Part shown: positions 37,395-48,168 of the stretch, one piece after another
Numbering within the stretch: the first letter of the stretch is position 1
Layout: the number at the start of each line of letters is the position of its first letter
Origin: a virus
Strand: one strand, 5' to 3'
Virus record (IMG/VR): IMGVR_UViG_3300011115_000879
Location: 64,001-128,000 of that record
DNA: 64,000 bases
The notes under the pieces: model-generated
Databases searched by the model: none
Told to the model about the DNA's origin: nothing
Seen by the model: only the letters and a program-made list of their open reading frames with translations
Program-made: the position numbers and the translations under genes

Positions 37395-38066
37395 ATGTCT
37401 ACGCAACAAGATGAAAAGTTTAAACAAAAGAAAGTTTTGAAAAACGAAATCAAGTATCAAATCCAACTAAACGAAGAACAAAAAGAGGCAAAACGATTAA
37501 TAAGAGAAAATCAAATCGTAGTGATAACAGGTAGAGCAGGCTGTGGTAAATCCTTAGTATCAGCTCAAACCGCATTAGACTTTCTATTTAAGAAAGAATG
37601 CGATTCTATACATGTTACACGTGCTGCTGTAGAAGTAGGCCACTCATTAGGATTCCTACCAGGTAGCTTAAATGAAAAATTTGATCCATACTTGGAAGCG
37701 TTTCAAGAAAATCTAATTAAATGCTATGACAAGGTTAAAATTAACCAACTTATCAACGACCAGAAAGTTATCGCTCTTCCTGTCCAGTTTATACGCGGAA
37801 AAACAGTGGATGATGTACTTGTGGTGGAAGAAGCACAAAATCTTACTAAAGCAGAAATGCTTGCTATTCTTACACGACTTGGTAAGAATGGCCGGATTAT
37901 AATCAATGGAGATAATGAACAAAAAGACATTAGAGATGAATTTAACGGTTTATCTTATGTTATAGAGTTATCAAAAAAGATAGAAGAAATCAAATGGATT
38001 AAACTCAAACACAACCATAGATCTGATATAGTAGGTAAGATACTAGATTATGAATACAGCAAATAA
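37395..38066 (+). CDS. phoH: PhoH-like ATPase
   Basis: GRAGCGKS, LGFLPG, FIRGKT, EEAQN, TRLG, GDNEQKD, HRS. Confidence 0.93.
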   Translation: MSTQQDEKFKQKKVLKNEIKYQIQLNEEQKEAKRLIRENQIVVITGRAGCGKSLVSAQTALDFLFKKECDSIHVTRAAVEVGHSLGFLPGSLNEKFDPYLEAFQENLIKCYDKVKINQLINDQKVIALPVQFIRGKTVDDVLVVEEAQNLTKAEMLAILTRLGKNGRIIINGDNEQKDIRDEFNGLSYVIELSKKIEEIKWIKLKHNHRSDIVGKILDYEYSK

Positions 38067-38110
38067 TAATAGTTTTATTATATTTATACGTGTTAAATAC
38101 TAGTTAGACA

Positions 38111-40132
38111 ATGGCAATAAACCTAAAAGATCTTTACGACCAATATGGTGGTAATCCGAATAAACTTTCTCCTATAAAGGGTAACTGTCCTTTAGGATAT
38201 TATGATAATGACCCTGAATTCAGCAATGATGCATTGGGAGCTGCTAGATTTGTAGCTCAACGTTTAGGTGTTACAGGTCCTCAATATAATTTTACAACTA
38301 AAACATATAAGGCAAGCCCCGCTACGCTTAACATTACTGATTTAACAGTATATGCAGCATTTGAAGAAGCAGTTACTACATATGGTAATATGGTTTATCA
38401 ATTTAAAATTAGAGATAATTATATTAATTTAGAAGGATCAGATACATTACCATTCTTTCATAATCTCATTACGTATGTTAGAAGTACAGAAGTAGGTTCA
38501 CCGGTAACATGGTCCGCTCCTAGACGATCAACATTTGCCGAAGTTGATTCTGATTCTGCTTATCTTCAATCAATAAATGATGGAGAAATATACACTATAT
38601 CATCATCAGTAGCAGATTATATTGCACCTAATTTAGATTTAATTAAGTCATTTAACTTAGCAGATACTTATTACAGTTCCGGTTCTAATAGAACATATAA
38701 CTTAAGTTCATTTATATATAACCAATTTAACTCAGTAGGAGGAGCAACAATATTTACTCCATTTTATAATCCAAACAGTGGATCATATGATTTCTCTAGT
38801 TACACAAGTAATGATAGTATATTTTCAATAACAGGAAGTAATACAGTAGCAGTACAATTTAAAATTACTTCATCTGTACCAACAGATACACCAACTACAT
38901 TTTATGTAGCTAGCGGTAGCACAGCTGCTCTTACGGCATTTAATATTGCTAATAAAATTACTAGCATATCTTATGGTACATTTGGTACAACAGTAGCAGT
39001 AAATACAGGATCAACAGCTACTACACTTAATTTTACATCATCTACCTCAGCATATGATATTAGTAATTTTAAAGTAAATAGTACAGCTATATTTTCTAAT
39101 GTAACATCCGGATCTACAGCAACAATCCCAGAAGGAAATACACACATATATTTCCGTACTATGCGAAATGATATATTTAGTGGATCTCCATTCTTTATAT
39201 CGGCTTCTATAACACAATCTATACCAACAGTATACATTCAATCAAATATTAATCCTGCATTAAATAATAGATTAGTAAGTAATAACTTAACAACTATTAC
39301 AACACGTATTGCTGAAGATTATGCTGCTGAAGCTGGTGTAGGAGGTAAATATGACATAAAGAAGGGAATAATAAACATGAAAGGTGGTATTCAAGACTAT
39401 GACCTAAATGCATGGGCAGCAGCATCCGCTTCATTAGTAAATGGAGATAGTATTGAAGTTAGAAGAGTATTTTATGAAGGACCACCAGCAATAGCTCGTT
39501 ATTTTGATCCATATGCTGGTACAGGTACAGGTATACAATCACTACTTGAATCATTTGGATTTGGTCAAATGTCTCCTGGTATTAATTTTATGTTAATGCC
39601 TATATCGTTTGATGTATTAAAACTTCAAGCAATTGAGTTAAATGATCAGATAAGAAAAGCAGCATATTCATTTGATTTACAAAATAACCAATTAAAGATA
39701 TTTCCTGTCCCTACAGTTGACATGCCTTTAATGTTTGAATACGTTAAAATAAGTCAAAAAAGTCAAGCAGTAAGGGATAACAGAACAAACGTTGTAACAG
39801 ATATAATGAATGTTCCATATAGAAATCCTATATACTCTAATATCAATGCTGTAGGTAGATTATGGATTCTTAAATATACATTAGGATTATGTAGAGAAAT
39901 CGAAGCACATATTCGTATCCAATCAGCTAATTTAAGCATTGCTGGTATTGGTCCACTACAAGGTAATGAATTAATTGCGGATGCTAGAACAGAAAAACAA
40001 AGTTTAATTGATGAACTAAAAGAGATGCTAAATGAAGTATCACGTAAATCGCAATTAGAACGTAAACAAATGGAAGCTGGCTTTACACGTGATACTTTAA
40101 CAAATGTTCCCATGACAATTTATATACTTTAA
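38111..40132 (+). CDS. Neck/head-tail adaptor (T4 gp13-like) with large S/T-rich insertion
   Basis: N-terminal helical block and C-terminal WILKYTLGLCRE...LQGNELIADARTEKQSLIDEL typical of gp13-like adaptors; position after the capsid genes. Confidence 0.65.
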   Translation: MAINLKDLYDQYGGNPNKLSPIKGNCPLGYYDNDPEFSNDALGAARFVAQRLGVTGPQYNFTTKTYKASPATLNITDLTVYAAFEEAVTTYGNMVYQFKIRDNYINLEGSDTLPFFHNLITYVRSTEVGSPVTWSAPRRSTFAEVDSDSAYLQSINDGEIYTISSSVADYIAPNLDLIKSFNLADTYYSSGSNRTYNLSSFIYNQFNSVGGATIFTPFYNPNSGSYDFSSYTSNDSIFSITGSNTVAVQFKITSSVPTDTPTTFYVASGSTAALTAFNIANKITSISYGTFGTTVAVNTGSTATTLNFTSSTSAYDISNFKVNSTAIFSNVTSGSTATIPEGNTHIYFRTMRNDIFSGSPFFISASITQSIPTVYIQSNINPALNNRLVSNNLTTITTRIAEDYAAEAGVGGKYDIKKGIINMKGGIQDYDLNAWAAASASLVNGDSIEVRRVFYEGPPAIARYFDPYAGTGTGIQSLLESFGFGQMSPGINFMLMPISFDVLKLQAIELNDQIRKAAYSFDLQNNQLKIFPVPTVDMPLMFEYVKISQKSQAVRDNRTNVVTDIMNVPYRNPIYSNINAVGRLWILKYTLGLCREIEAHIRIQSANLSIAGIGPLQGNELIADARTEKQSLIDELKEMLNEVSRKSQLERKQMEAGFTRDTLTNVPMTIYIL

Positions 40133-40133
40133 T

Positions 40134-40754
40134 ATGGCTTATTCAATACGAAAAACATATTGGGCACCAGGAGGTGAAGGATTAGGAGGTGGTGGAGGAA
40201 TAGATGGCCCTTCATCAACAGCAACACCAGATGATGGAACACCCGCAACACCTCCTATAGACCAAGGTGGAGGAACAGAAACACCATCTGGAGGAGGAGC
40301 AGGACCAGCAGATACAGCACTTCAAACAGCAGTAGATTATAGTAATATGAGTGTAATGTATTACAAGATCAATCTTGAAAGTACAAAAACTAATATGTAT
40401 GGTGAGGCGCTAGAAAAATGGTATTACCCACCACTACAAACAAAATGTTTAATTACAAGGGATGCTATAACAAATAGCGACGATGAATTTGGTGTAACTG
40501 TAGCTAATACTATAACAGTATCTATCCCTAGGATTACATTAGATGGATATCAATTCCTACCAGAAGTAGGAGATATATTAATGGATAGAGAGAAAATGTA
40601 TGAAGTAAATAGTATAGACCAAAACTTTATAACATTACCTGGAGGATCAGGACAAGCTCAATCAAATGGTACAGCAGGTGTTACTGTTATATTTGTATTA
40701 AGCTGTTACTTAACTAGACTTACAAAACTTAATTTAATAGAATATTACCAATGA
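40134..40754 (+). CDS. Head closure/neck protein (T4 gp14-like) with Gly/Pro N-terminal segment
   Basis: TNMYGEA, PEVGDIL...YEVNS; follows the gp13-like gene. Confidence 0.6.
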   Translation: MAYSIRKTYWAPGGEGLGGGGGIDGPSSTATPDDGTPATPPIDQGGGTETPSGGGAGPADTALQTAVDYSNMSVMYYKINLESTKTNMYGEALEKWYYPPLQTKCLITRDAITNSDDEFGVTVANTITVSIPRITLDGYQFLPEVGDILMDREKMYEVNSIDQNFITLPGGSGQAQSNGTAGVTVIFVLSCYLTRLTKLNLIEYYQ

Positions 40755-41089
40755 TAAAATTAACAGATTTACTATTAGAATCAACCAATCTGTTTAGAAT
40801 GGATGCCCTAATTAAAACAACTACTGGTATAAACAAAGTAGAAATATATAATCAAATCAGAGCAATTACTGGTGTGGTAGTAATGACTATAGAACAAAGC
40901 GAATATTTGGATAGCCAAGCAACAGATAAATTTGAATATTCTTTATTACATATTAAATATTTAGTAACATCCGACCCTAAAACAGATATAGAGAAAATTA
41001 AAAAAGACGCTCTAATCACAAATAGAATACCAGGGCTATTACAATTTATACCAAGATTAAATACAGCTAAACAACTAGGAAAATATTAA
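40751..41089 (+). CDS. Small protein with MIKL leader
   Basis: MIKLTDLLLE. Confidence 0.55.
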   Translation: MIKLTDLLLESTNLFRMDALIKTTTGINKVEIYNQIRAITGVVVMTIEQSEYLDSQATDKFEYSLLHIKYLVTSDPKTDIEKIKKDALITNRIPGLLQFIPRLNTAKQLGKY

Positions 41090-41093
41090 TATA

Positions 41094-41441
41094 ATGATAA
41101 AACTAACAGATCTAATACAAGAATTAGACGTACCACAAAACATATATAAACCAGGAGTAAAACCAGAATCTGATGATGAATTCATGAAAAAAGGATTCAA
41201 AATGAGTCAAACTACTGTTGATCCTGAAACCGGAGCTTCTACATCAAATGTAGAATATTTACCATCATTTGAACAAATTCGTAAAGATATCATAATGACA
41301 CGTAGAGAATTTCAACCATTTAAATTTTCATCTAATCCTGATATAGCTAAATTGGCTAAAGATATTAATATGCACTTAACTAAAGCTTCTAACATGATTT
41401 TCGCTTTAGATAAAATGGTTGAATTACAAAGAAAAGGATAA
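41094..41441 (+). CDS. Small protein with MIKL leader
   Basis: MIKLTDLIQE. Confidence 0.55.
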   Translation: MIKLTDLIQELDVPQNIYKPGVKPESDDEFMKKGFKMSQTTVDPETGASTSNVEYLPSFEQIRKDIIMTRREFQPFKFSSNPDIAKLAKDINMHLTKASNMIFALDKMVELQRKG

Positions 41442-41443
41442 CA

Positions 41444-42712
41444 ATGCCAAGACAAGATAAACCAATACCAAGAACCGCACTTGAAATAACGCAAGAGCAA
41501 ATCACACCATACCTAGCTAATCTAGGTACTCCGGTTAGTGAACAACATGCTTTTGCTCATAATCGCGGTACAGATTATTCTGCAAAGAATGAATTTGTAA
41601 AGGATATTAGTATTGGTTTAGAGGATATAGACAACGCAATGTTATACTATTTTGATAACTTTATTAAACCTACTGTAATTCAAGATGGTAATAGAATGGC
41701 AGTAAGAACAATATATGGTTCACCAGAACGTTGGAAATCAGTTCAGGCAGATGGCTTTCATAGAGATGGAAACGGACAAATTATAGTCCCTATTATAATG
41801 TTTAAACGCGATACAGTTGAAAAAACTAGAGGTTTAGGCAATAAAATAGATGGTAATACAGTAGCATTATATCAAACAGTAGGTACATCATATAATAGAA
41901 ATAATGTATATGATAAATTTGATATAATAAATAATAGAATACCATCAAAACGCTACTACCTAACTACAGTACCAGATTATGTTACATTAACGTATAGCTG
42001 TATTATATTTACCAACTTTGTAGAGCAAAACAATAAAATAGTAGAAGCAATTGAATTTGCTTCCGATTCATATTGGGGAGACCCAGCACGTTTTAAATTT
42101 AGAACAAGCATTGATACATTCAGTACAACAGTACTAATGGAATCAGGTACAGATAGAGTAGCAAAATCAACATTTACATTTAAAGTAAATGGCTATATAA
42201 TACCAAACACTATTAATAAAGACTTATCAACAATACGCAATAAATTCTATACTAAATCACAAGTAGTATTTGATTTAGAAGTAATAGACGCGGCCGGTGT
42301 AACAACTAATGTAGACGCATTAACATTTGCAAACAAACCAGCAGCACAAAATTCAGCTGGTTCTACGTCATTCGTTGGAGGCGGCATTAATGTAACTAAT
42401 AACATAGGAGCTAGTAATGCCGATTTATCATATATAAATGCAAATAAACAATTAACAGCTAATACTTTAACAACAAATACAGCCATATTTACAGGAGCAG
42501 TATTATTAAATCCACCAGATGGTTCCACACTTCCTGCAACATCAGCTGCTAATTTTGCAGTTTATATTAATAGTGTATATGTTTCACCATCATATATAAC
42601 TAATATTACATCAACAGCAGGTAATGTAATATTTACTTTTGACACAACAAGCTTAGGATACACATTAGATAACACAACAGATACAGTAGTAGCAATCGGT
42701 AAATTTCAATAA
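41444..42712 (+). CDS. Tail terminator / sheath stabiliser (T4 gp15-like) with C-terminal extension
   Basis: IYGSPERW, PIIMFKR, VPDYVTLTY, EQNNKIVEAI pattern of gp15-like proteins. Confidence 0.6.
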   Translation: MPRQDKPIPRTALEITQEQITPYLANLGTPVSEQHAFAHNRGTDYSAKNEFVKDISIGLEDIDNAMLYYFDNFIKPTVIQDGNRMAVRTIYGSPERWKSVQADGFHRDGNGQIIVPIIMFKRDTVEKTRGLGNKIDGNTVALYQTVGTSYNRNNVYDKFDIINNRIPSKRYYLTTVPDYVTLTYSCIIFTNFVEQNNKIVEAIEFASDSYWGDPARFKFRTSIDTFSTTVLMESGTDRVAKSTFTFKVNGYIIPNTINKDLSTIRNKFYTKSQVVFDLEVIDAAGVTTNVDALTFANKPAAQNSAGSTSFVGGGINVTNNIGASNADLSYINANKQLTANTLTTNTAIFTGAVLLNPPDGSTLPATSAANFAVYINSVYVSPSYITNITSTAGNVIFTFDTTSLGYTLDNTTDTVVAIGKFQ

Positions 42713-44574
42713 TGAGCAACAAAATACTTAATAAACAAATACAATTTCCATTATCAGGATCATTTACTGGATCTTTATTTGGTACTGCATCTTATGCCAC
42801 AACAGCCTCTTATGTAATAGGAGGTGGTGGAAGTGGAACAGGATTTCCATTTAGTGGCAGTGCTGTTATTACAGGAAGTTTACTTGTAAGCGGTAGCGGA
42901 TTAACTATAACAGGATCTTTAAATGTAACTAACGGAATAACAGGATCATTATTAGGTACTGCATCATTTGCAACAACAGCATCCAACATAACACCAGCCT
43001 TTACAGGCATTATCGCCAATACAAATAACAACGTACTAACATCAAACGGTGATGGTACAGTAACGGGTGAATCCAATTTGTATTTTGATGGAACTAATTT
43101 AGGTATTGGTAAAACAAATCCATCAGTTCCGTTAGATGTATTAGGTAATACTAACTTATCAGGTTCATTAAATATATCAGGATCCACAACAACAAATGGA
43201 AATTTTACATTTACAGCTGTAAATAGGAGTATTGTCGGTAGTAATTCAACTACTACTGTCGCATTTGGAGGTTCTCTTGAATTAGGTGGATTTAGCAATA
43301 TACTATTAAAAGTTAACGGTGCCATAAGAGGAACTATTTACGATAAAGGAAATTTCACCATTGCTAACAATGCTAACGATGTAACTGATAGAGGATATAG
43401 AATAGCAGCAATATCGTCAGGATCTGCTACTGCTCAAGTATCAGGATCACTATACACAGAGGGATTTGTGTATCATTCAGGTATAATATCTGGGTCAGCT
43501 GTAGCAAATAATCCATCATCATCTATAATGCAAATAGGTGGCACAATTACGCCTACAGGTTCATTAACAGGAGCAAGTGCAATATTCATCAACCCAATAA
43601 TGTCAGCAAGTGCTAATAATCAGACATTAAACGGGTTAGATATTGCTCTTACAGTTAATACGGGAAGTTCTACTGGAACTATTTCAAATGCAATTAGGGT
43701 CGGAGGTAACATTACACCATCCAGTAATAATATCTACAGTATAGGAGCAACAAATTTTAGATTTTCAAATATCTTTACCGGAGGTTCAATATATACACCA
43801 GCAATTAGGGCAACCACATTAGTATTTGGTAATGAGGGTGGAACTGAGTATGGAAGATTTACATCGAATGGTAACTTCCTAGTAGGTACAACAGCAGACA
43901 CGGGCTACAAAGTGAATATAGGAGCGACAGGTACATCAGGCTCACTATTCGTATCAGGCTCATCTACATTTGCTGGTAATATTATAGTAACAGGATCATT
44001 AACAGTCAGTGCCTCAACAGCACAATTCCTAGCACAAAATGGAACAGTTACTAATCCGGCATATTCATTTAGTAATGATACTAATACTGGGTTTAGGGGT
44101 GTAGGTAGTGGAGGCACTCAATATGTAGCAAGTGGATTAGGTTATATTAATTTTTATGGTGATAGTATTAGAGTAAACACAACAAATATCACAATTCGTG
44201 ATACTGCAGCAAACCACTTATTAGGATTTAGAAGTGTTAACCTAAATTCAAATGGAAAAAACAACTATATTAGATTAGCAAATGCTGATACAGGTAGTGC
44301 TACTAATCCAAGAATAGAAGTAACTACTAGTGGTACTGATACGAATATATCATTAGATATAGTTCCATTAGGTACGGGAAGCATTAACTTAATAGGAATA
44401 ACTAGAATAACAGGATCAGCTATAGTAACAGGATCACTTATAATGGATCCATCTGGTTCATTTACATTACCACTTACATCATCAACGTTACCATCCACAG
44501 GTAGTATGTATTGGAGTGGATCATTATTGTTTGTATATAATGGTACTAGATATATGAGTGCTAGCTTTGTATAA
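42712..44574 (+). CDS. Tail/neck fibre protein
   Basis: Repeated ITGSL, GIGKTNP and GNFLVGTT fibre-shaft motifs. Confidence 0.7.
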   Translation: MSNKILNKQIQFPLSGSFTGSLFGTASYATTASYVIGGGGSGTGFPFSGSAVITGSLLVSGSGLTITGSLNVTNGITGSLLGTASFATTASNITPAFTGIIANTNNNVLTSNGDGTVTGESNLYFDGTNLGIGKTNPSVPLDVLGNTNLSGSLNISGSTTTNGNFTFTAVNRSIVGSNSTTTVAFGGSLELGGFSNILLKVNGAIRGTIYDKGNFTIANNANDVTDRGYRIAAISSGSATAQVSGSLYTEGFVYHSGIISGSAVANNPSSSIMQIGGTITPTGSLTGASAIFINPIMSASANNQTLNGLDIALTVNTGSSTGTISNAIRVGGNITPSSNNIYSIGATNFRFSNIFTGGSIYTPAIRATTLVFGNEGGTEYGRFTSNGNFLVGTTADTGYKVNIGATGTSGSLFVSGSSTFAGNIIVTGSLTVSASTAQFLAQNGTVTNPAYSFSNDTNTGFRGVGSGGTQYVASGLGYINFYGDSIRVNTTNITIRDTAANHLLGFRSVNLNSNGKNNYIRLANADTGSATNPRIEVTTSGTDTNISLDIVPLGTGSINLIGITRITGSAIVTGSLIMDPSGSFTLPLTSSTLPSTGSMYWSGSLLFVYNGTRYMSASFV

Positions 44575-44640
44575 TATTTATAGACAGCTTACATAAGCCG
44601 TAATATCAAGATATATATCTAACAAACTGATTCCATACAT

Positions 44641-47600
44641 ATGGCTAGCAATATAGAAATAAAACGGAGTGCCGTCCCTGGCAAAGTCCCAACAACATCA
44701 TCCCTACAACTAGGACAGATAGCCCTTAACACATACGAAGGTAAAGCATATCTTAAAAAAGATAACGGTGTTCAATCTATTATAGAAATAGGTAGCGCAA
44801 CATTCCCGTATATAGGAAATGCCGTTATTACAGGCAGTTTAACTGTAAGTGGTAGTGGAATAACTGTAATAGGCAATCAAACAATAACTGGATCACTCAA
44901 AGTAACTGGTTCTTATACACTAACCGGAACTACATCATTAACAGGTAGTGTTAGTATTAGTGGATCTACGACTATAATAGGTACAACTAATTTTAGTAAT
45001 TCATCAACTACGATAACAGGTTCATTATTAGTAAGTGGCTCTACAACTCAAATAGGCAACAACACTCTAACAGGTAATACTAGTTTAAGTGGTAGTATTA
45101 ATATTAGTGGTTCAAGTACAATACGAGGAACCACTTCAATGACTGGTTCATTATTAGTAAGTGGTTCTACAACACAAATTGGTAATAATACTCTAACAGG
45201 AAATACCCTATTAAGTGGTAGTATTACAATATCAGGATCGTTTCCTATAGGTAGTTATTCATCATCTGTAAACATATACGGAGATACATCAATGACGGGT
45301 TACTTAAAATTTAACCCTCAATCTACAAATATAAACACATCCATATCATCATCGTATATCTATGTATCAGGTTCAACAAATGATTTATATTTTAGCCAAA
45401 ACAGTAATGGATTTAGTAATATAACTCGTTTACGTTGGTTAGAAGGTAATCTATACACAGGTTTATTAAATGGGGGAATAATCACAACACAATCATCCAC
45501 AGTATATCAAGTACAAAGCGGTAGTGGTATTATTGTTACAATGAATGCTTCACTAGGCAGTGACCCATACCCTACAGTACAATACATTAACTGGCCAACT
45601 TTATCATCCAGTATAGCATCATTAAGTGCATCATATGACCAGCAATTTGTTGCTATAAATACATCAGCACAAATATTTGCTCAAGGAATACCATATTATG
45701 ACGGTGATTATAATACTAAAATACCACTTGGTATTGTAATACATCAAAATCACTCAACAATAAATGCCGTACAAACATTTCCAAGTGTAGGATATGGCTG
45801 GAAACAAAGATCATATGATTTTATTAAAGCATTTGGCCCATTAAAAACATCAGGTTATACTTTACAAGCAAGTAGCTCACTTGGATTATTATTAGGAGGA
45901 GGTACTGCATGGGTTGATGGTAGAAATTATACAGTAGACCCAAATAATCCAAGTTACATTACAGAAGCAACAGGTATAACAACATCAAAGATATACTACT
46001 ACTATCAAACAGGATCCGATTTTAAATATGATACAAATGGTGGAAACGGATATACAAACGTAACAGCATCGTTGTATTCAAATAATGGTGTATTAACTGC
46101 CTTATCAACCAATAATAAGTGGTCAATACAAAGAGTATATTATTTCCCTAATAGTGCTACAAAAGCATTTTACATTTATTATGGTAATGTTCAATATGAT
46201 ACCTATGCAGAGGCTTTAGCAGGTATATCTACAGAAGCATTTACCGAAGCACCAAACACAGCAGCAAACGCCATCTTTGTGGGATATATGCTGTTACAAA
46301 AAACAGCAAATTTTACTACAACTCCTGGACCAACAGGAACATGGGAATTTAGAGCAGGTAGCTTATTCAGAGCAGGAGGTAGTGGAGGAGCTAGTGGTGG
46401 TGGCGGCGGTGGTGCAACATCATTAACTGGTTTAACTGATGTATCTATAACTTCACCAACTAATGGACAACCATTAACATATAATGCTACTACAACAAAA
46501 TGGAGTAATAGCAGCGCTATAACAGCTAGTGTATTAGGTAATTTAACTGGTACAGCAGCAACAGCATCCTATGTAACAGCATCTGCTGTAGTAGGAACTG
46601 TAGCAAGTAGTTCATATGCTTTAACAGCATCATATGCAATGAATGGTGGTGGCGTTACATCGATAATAGCAGGTAGTGGTATAAGTGTAAATCAATCAAC
46701 AGGAAATGTAACTATTACAAACACAGGTGGTGGTGGTTCAACATTTCCCTATATAGGAAATGCTGTCATTACAGGTAGTTTGACTGTAAGTGGTAGTGGA
46801 ATAACAGGATCATTATACGGTGTAGCAGAATCTGCTTTAGTTAAATATGAATTAGCAACATATAACTTTGGAGGTAGTAACTATAAAATTAGTGATTTTC
46901 AAAATTCTATTATGGGTGTTTATTCAAATTTTAATCCCAATATATCAAATGCTGGTGATAGTATACCTACTTTATTACCATATCTATATGTAGATATATT
47001 AGACTATACTAATCAAACAGCATATTATAAACAAACATTCAGTACTTTATCTAGTTTAAGTAGTTCATTATCTTCAAGAGGAGTCGTTACAGGTAAATTA
47101 ATCTTCTATTCATATCAAAATGATACTAAAAATATGAAAGTAGGAGGTATTAATATATTATATTCATCAATAGGCAATAATAAAATCCAATCAAGAAAAT
47201 CAATTAACCCTGATACAGGATCAGCAGCATATACTGCACTTAATAATTTCATATCAAGTTCATTAGTTACATATGGTTCATCTAATATACCTAATTTTAC
47301 TACTAATTATATTAATCAAAATCAAGTTAATACAATACATACAGGTAAAGTTATAGGAATGGTACCTATTAACAAATATGAAAAAAGACATATAAAAAAT
47401 TTCTATTATTACAATCCTAAACCTAATAGCTCAGTTAATTCAAGTAATAGCTTAGTAACACCTGCAACAACACGTAGTAAATTATTAGCCCATATACTCT
47501 GTTCAGTCGTTATAACTAAAACAACAGTACCCGTTTTTAATTTTAGTTTTGTAGCACTTAATACAACATATAGATATTCTTGGGATAATAGTGGAGTATT

Positions 47601-48030
47601 TAAAGCTAATGGCAACCAAGGATATTTCCATATTTATATATTCGAAACAGATCCAGGACTGCGAAGCATAGCAGTTGAAGCCTTAACAATAGATCAATTA
47701 AACTTACCCTTTTCATCGCGGTCAGGAGATGCTACTGGTGCTCATTCTAGCTATATGTATTTACTCAAGAAAAATAATACTATAGCTGTAAGTACATCTC
47801 ATACAAGAACCGATACTCAATTAGACATAGACGGAGTAAGTTTAATAGATAATACATTTAATATAAATGGTAATTTTTTCTATAATGATAAAAATAATAA
47901 CGATATAACAGCTATTAGATTTTATTCAAATAAAACATGTGATGTATTTAATAGATGTTGTAGATTAGAATATAATAAGTATAATGGAACTAAACTAAAT
48001 TATTTTAAATTAAATTATAATAGTCCTTAA
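44641..48030 (+). CDS. Long tail fibre protein, mosaic
   Basis: N-terminal IEIKRSAVPGKVP...LGQIALNT fibre head; TGS repeats; internal direct repeats; compositionally distinct C-terminus. Confidence 0.75.
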   Translation: MASNIEIKRSAVPGKVPTTSSLQLGQIALNTYEGKAYLKKDNGVQSIIEIGSATFPYIGNAVITGSLTVSGSGITVIGNQTITGSLKVTGSYTLTGTTSLTGSVSISGSTTIIGTTNFSNSSTTITGSLLVSGSTTQIGNNTLTGNTSLSGSINISGSSTIRGTTSMTGSLLVSGSTTQIGNNTLTGNTLLSGSITISGSFPIGSYSSSVNIYGDTSMTGYLKFNPQSTNINTSISSSYIYVSGSTNDLYFSQNSNGFSNITRLRWLEGNLYTGLLNGGIITTQSSTVYQVQSGSGIIVTMNASLGSDPYPTVQYINWPTLSSSIASLSASYDQQFVAINTSAQIFAQGIPYYDGDYNTKIPLGIVIHQNHSTINAVQTFPSVGYGWKQRSYDFIKAFGPLKTSGYTLQASSSLGLLLGGGTAWVDGRNYTVDPNNPSYITEATGITTSKIYYYYQTGSDFKYDTNGGNGYTNVTASLYSNNGVLTALSTNNKWSIQRVYYFPNSATKAFYIYYGNVQYDTYAEALAGISTEAFTEAPNTAANAIFVGYMLLQKTANFTTTPGPTGTWEFRAGSLFRAGGSGGASGGGGGGATSLTGLTDVSITSPTNGQPLTYNATTTKWSNSSAITASVLGNLTGTAATASYVTASAVVGTVASSSYALTASYAMNGGGVTSIIAGSGISVNQSTGNVTITNTGGGGSTFPYIGNAVITGSLTVSGSGITGSLYGVAESALVKYELATYNFGGSNYKISDFQNSIMGVYSNFNPNISNAGDSIPTLLPYLYVDILDYTNQTAYYKQTFSTLSSLSSSLSSRGVVTGKLIFYSYQNDTKNMKVGGINILYSSIGNNKIQSRKSINPDTGSAAYTALNNFISSSLVTYGSSNIPNFTTNYINQNQVNTIHTGKVIGMVPINKYEKRHIKNFYYYNPKPNSSVNSSNSLVTPATTRSKLLAHILCSVVITKTTVPVFNFSFVALNTTYRYSWDNSGVFKANGNQGYFHIYIFETDPGLRSIAVEALTIDQLNLPFSSRSGDATGAHSSYMYLLKKNNTIAVSTSHTRTDTQLDIDGVSLIDNTFNINGNFFYNDKNNNDITAIRFYSNKTCDVFNRCCRLEYNKYNGTKLNYFKLNYNSP

Positions 48031-48045
48031 TATTATAATATTTAT

Positions 48046-48148
48046 AAATAGAAGCTACTGACTAAAATGTGAGTTTCTATTTTGGATACGCTGTTTAAAA
48101 TACAATATCCTATTAAGTCCCTGCTGTCCAAAATGCAAGGGACTTTTT
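48046..48148 (+). repeat. Three tandem hairpins at 33-nt period with conserved loop TGNNNAAAAT (candidate small RNA)
   Basis: Loops TGACTAAAAT (48059), TGTTTAAAAT (48092) and TGTCCAAAAT (48125), each in a different self-complementary stem; bounded by ATATTTAT (48038) and a T-run. Confidence 0.65.
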
Positions 48149-48168
48149 CTATCTAATTAATATCGAAT

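Noticed and set aside
37395-38066. phoH as a novel auxiliary gene
   Set aside because: PhoH is common in large aquatic phages; only its late-region position is mildly notable.
44800-46810. Diversity-generating retroelement template/variable repeat pair
   Set aside because: Mismatches are synonymous third-position changes, not adenine-specific, and no reverse transcriptase is in the window.
48046-48148. Mini CRISPR array or tRNA cluster
   Set aside because: The conserved part is only ~11 nt, the variable parts pair around it, there is no cloverleaf or CCA, and no cas genes are present.
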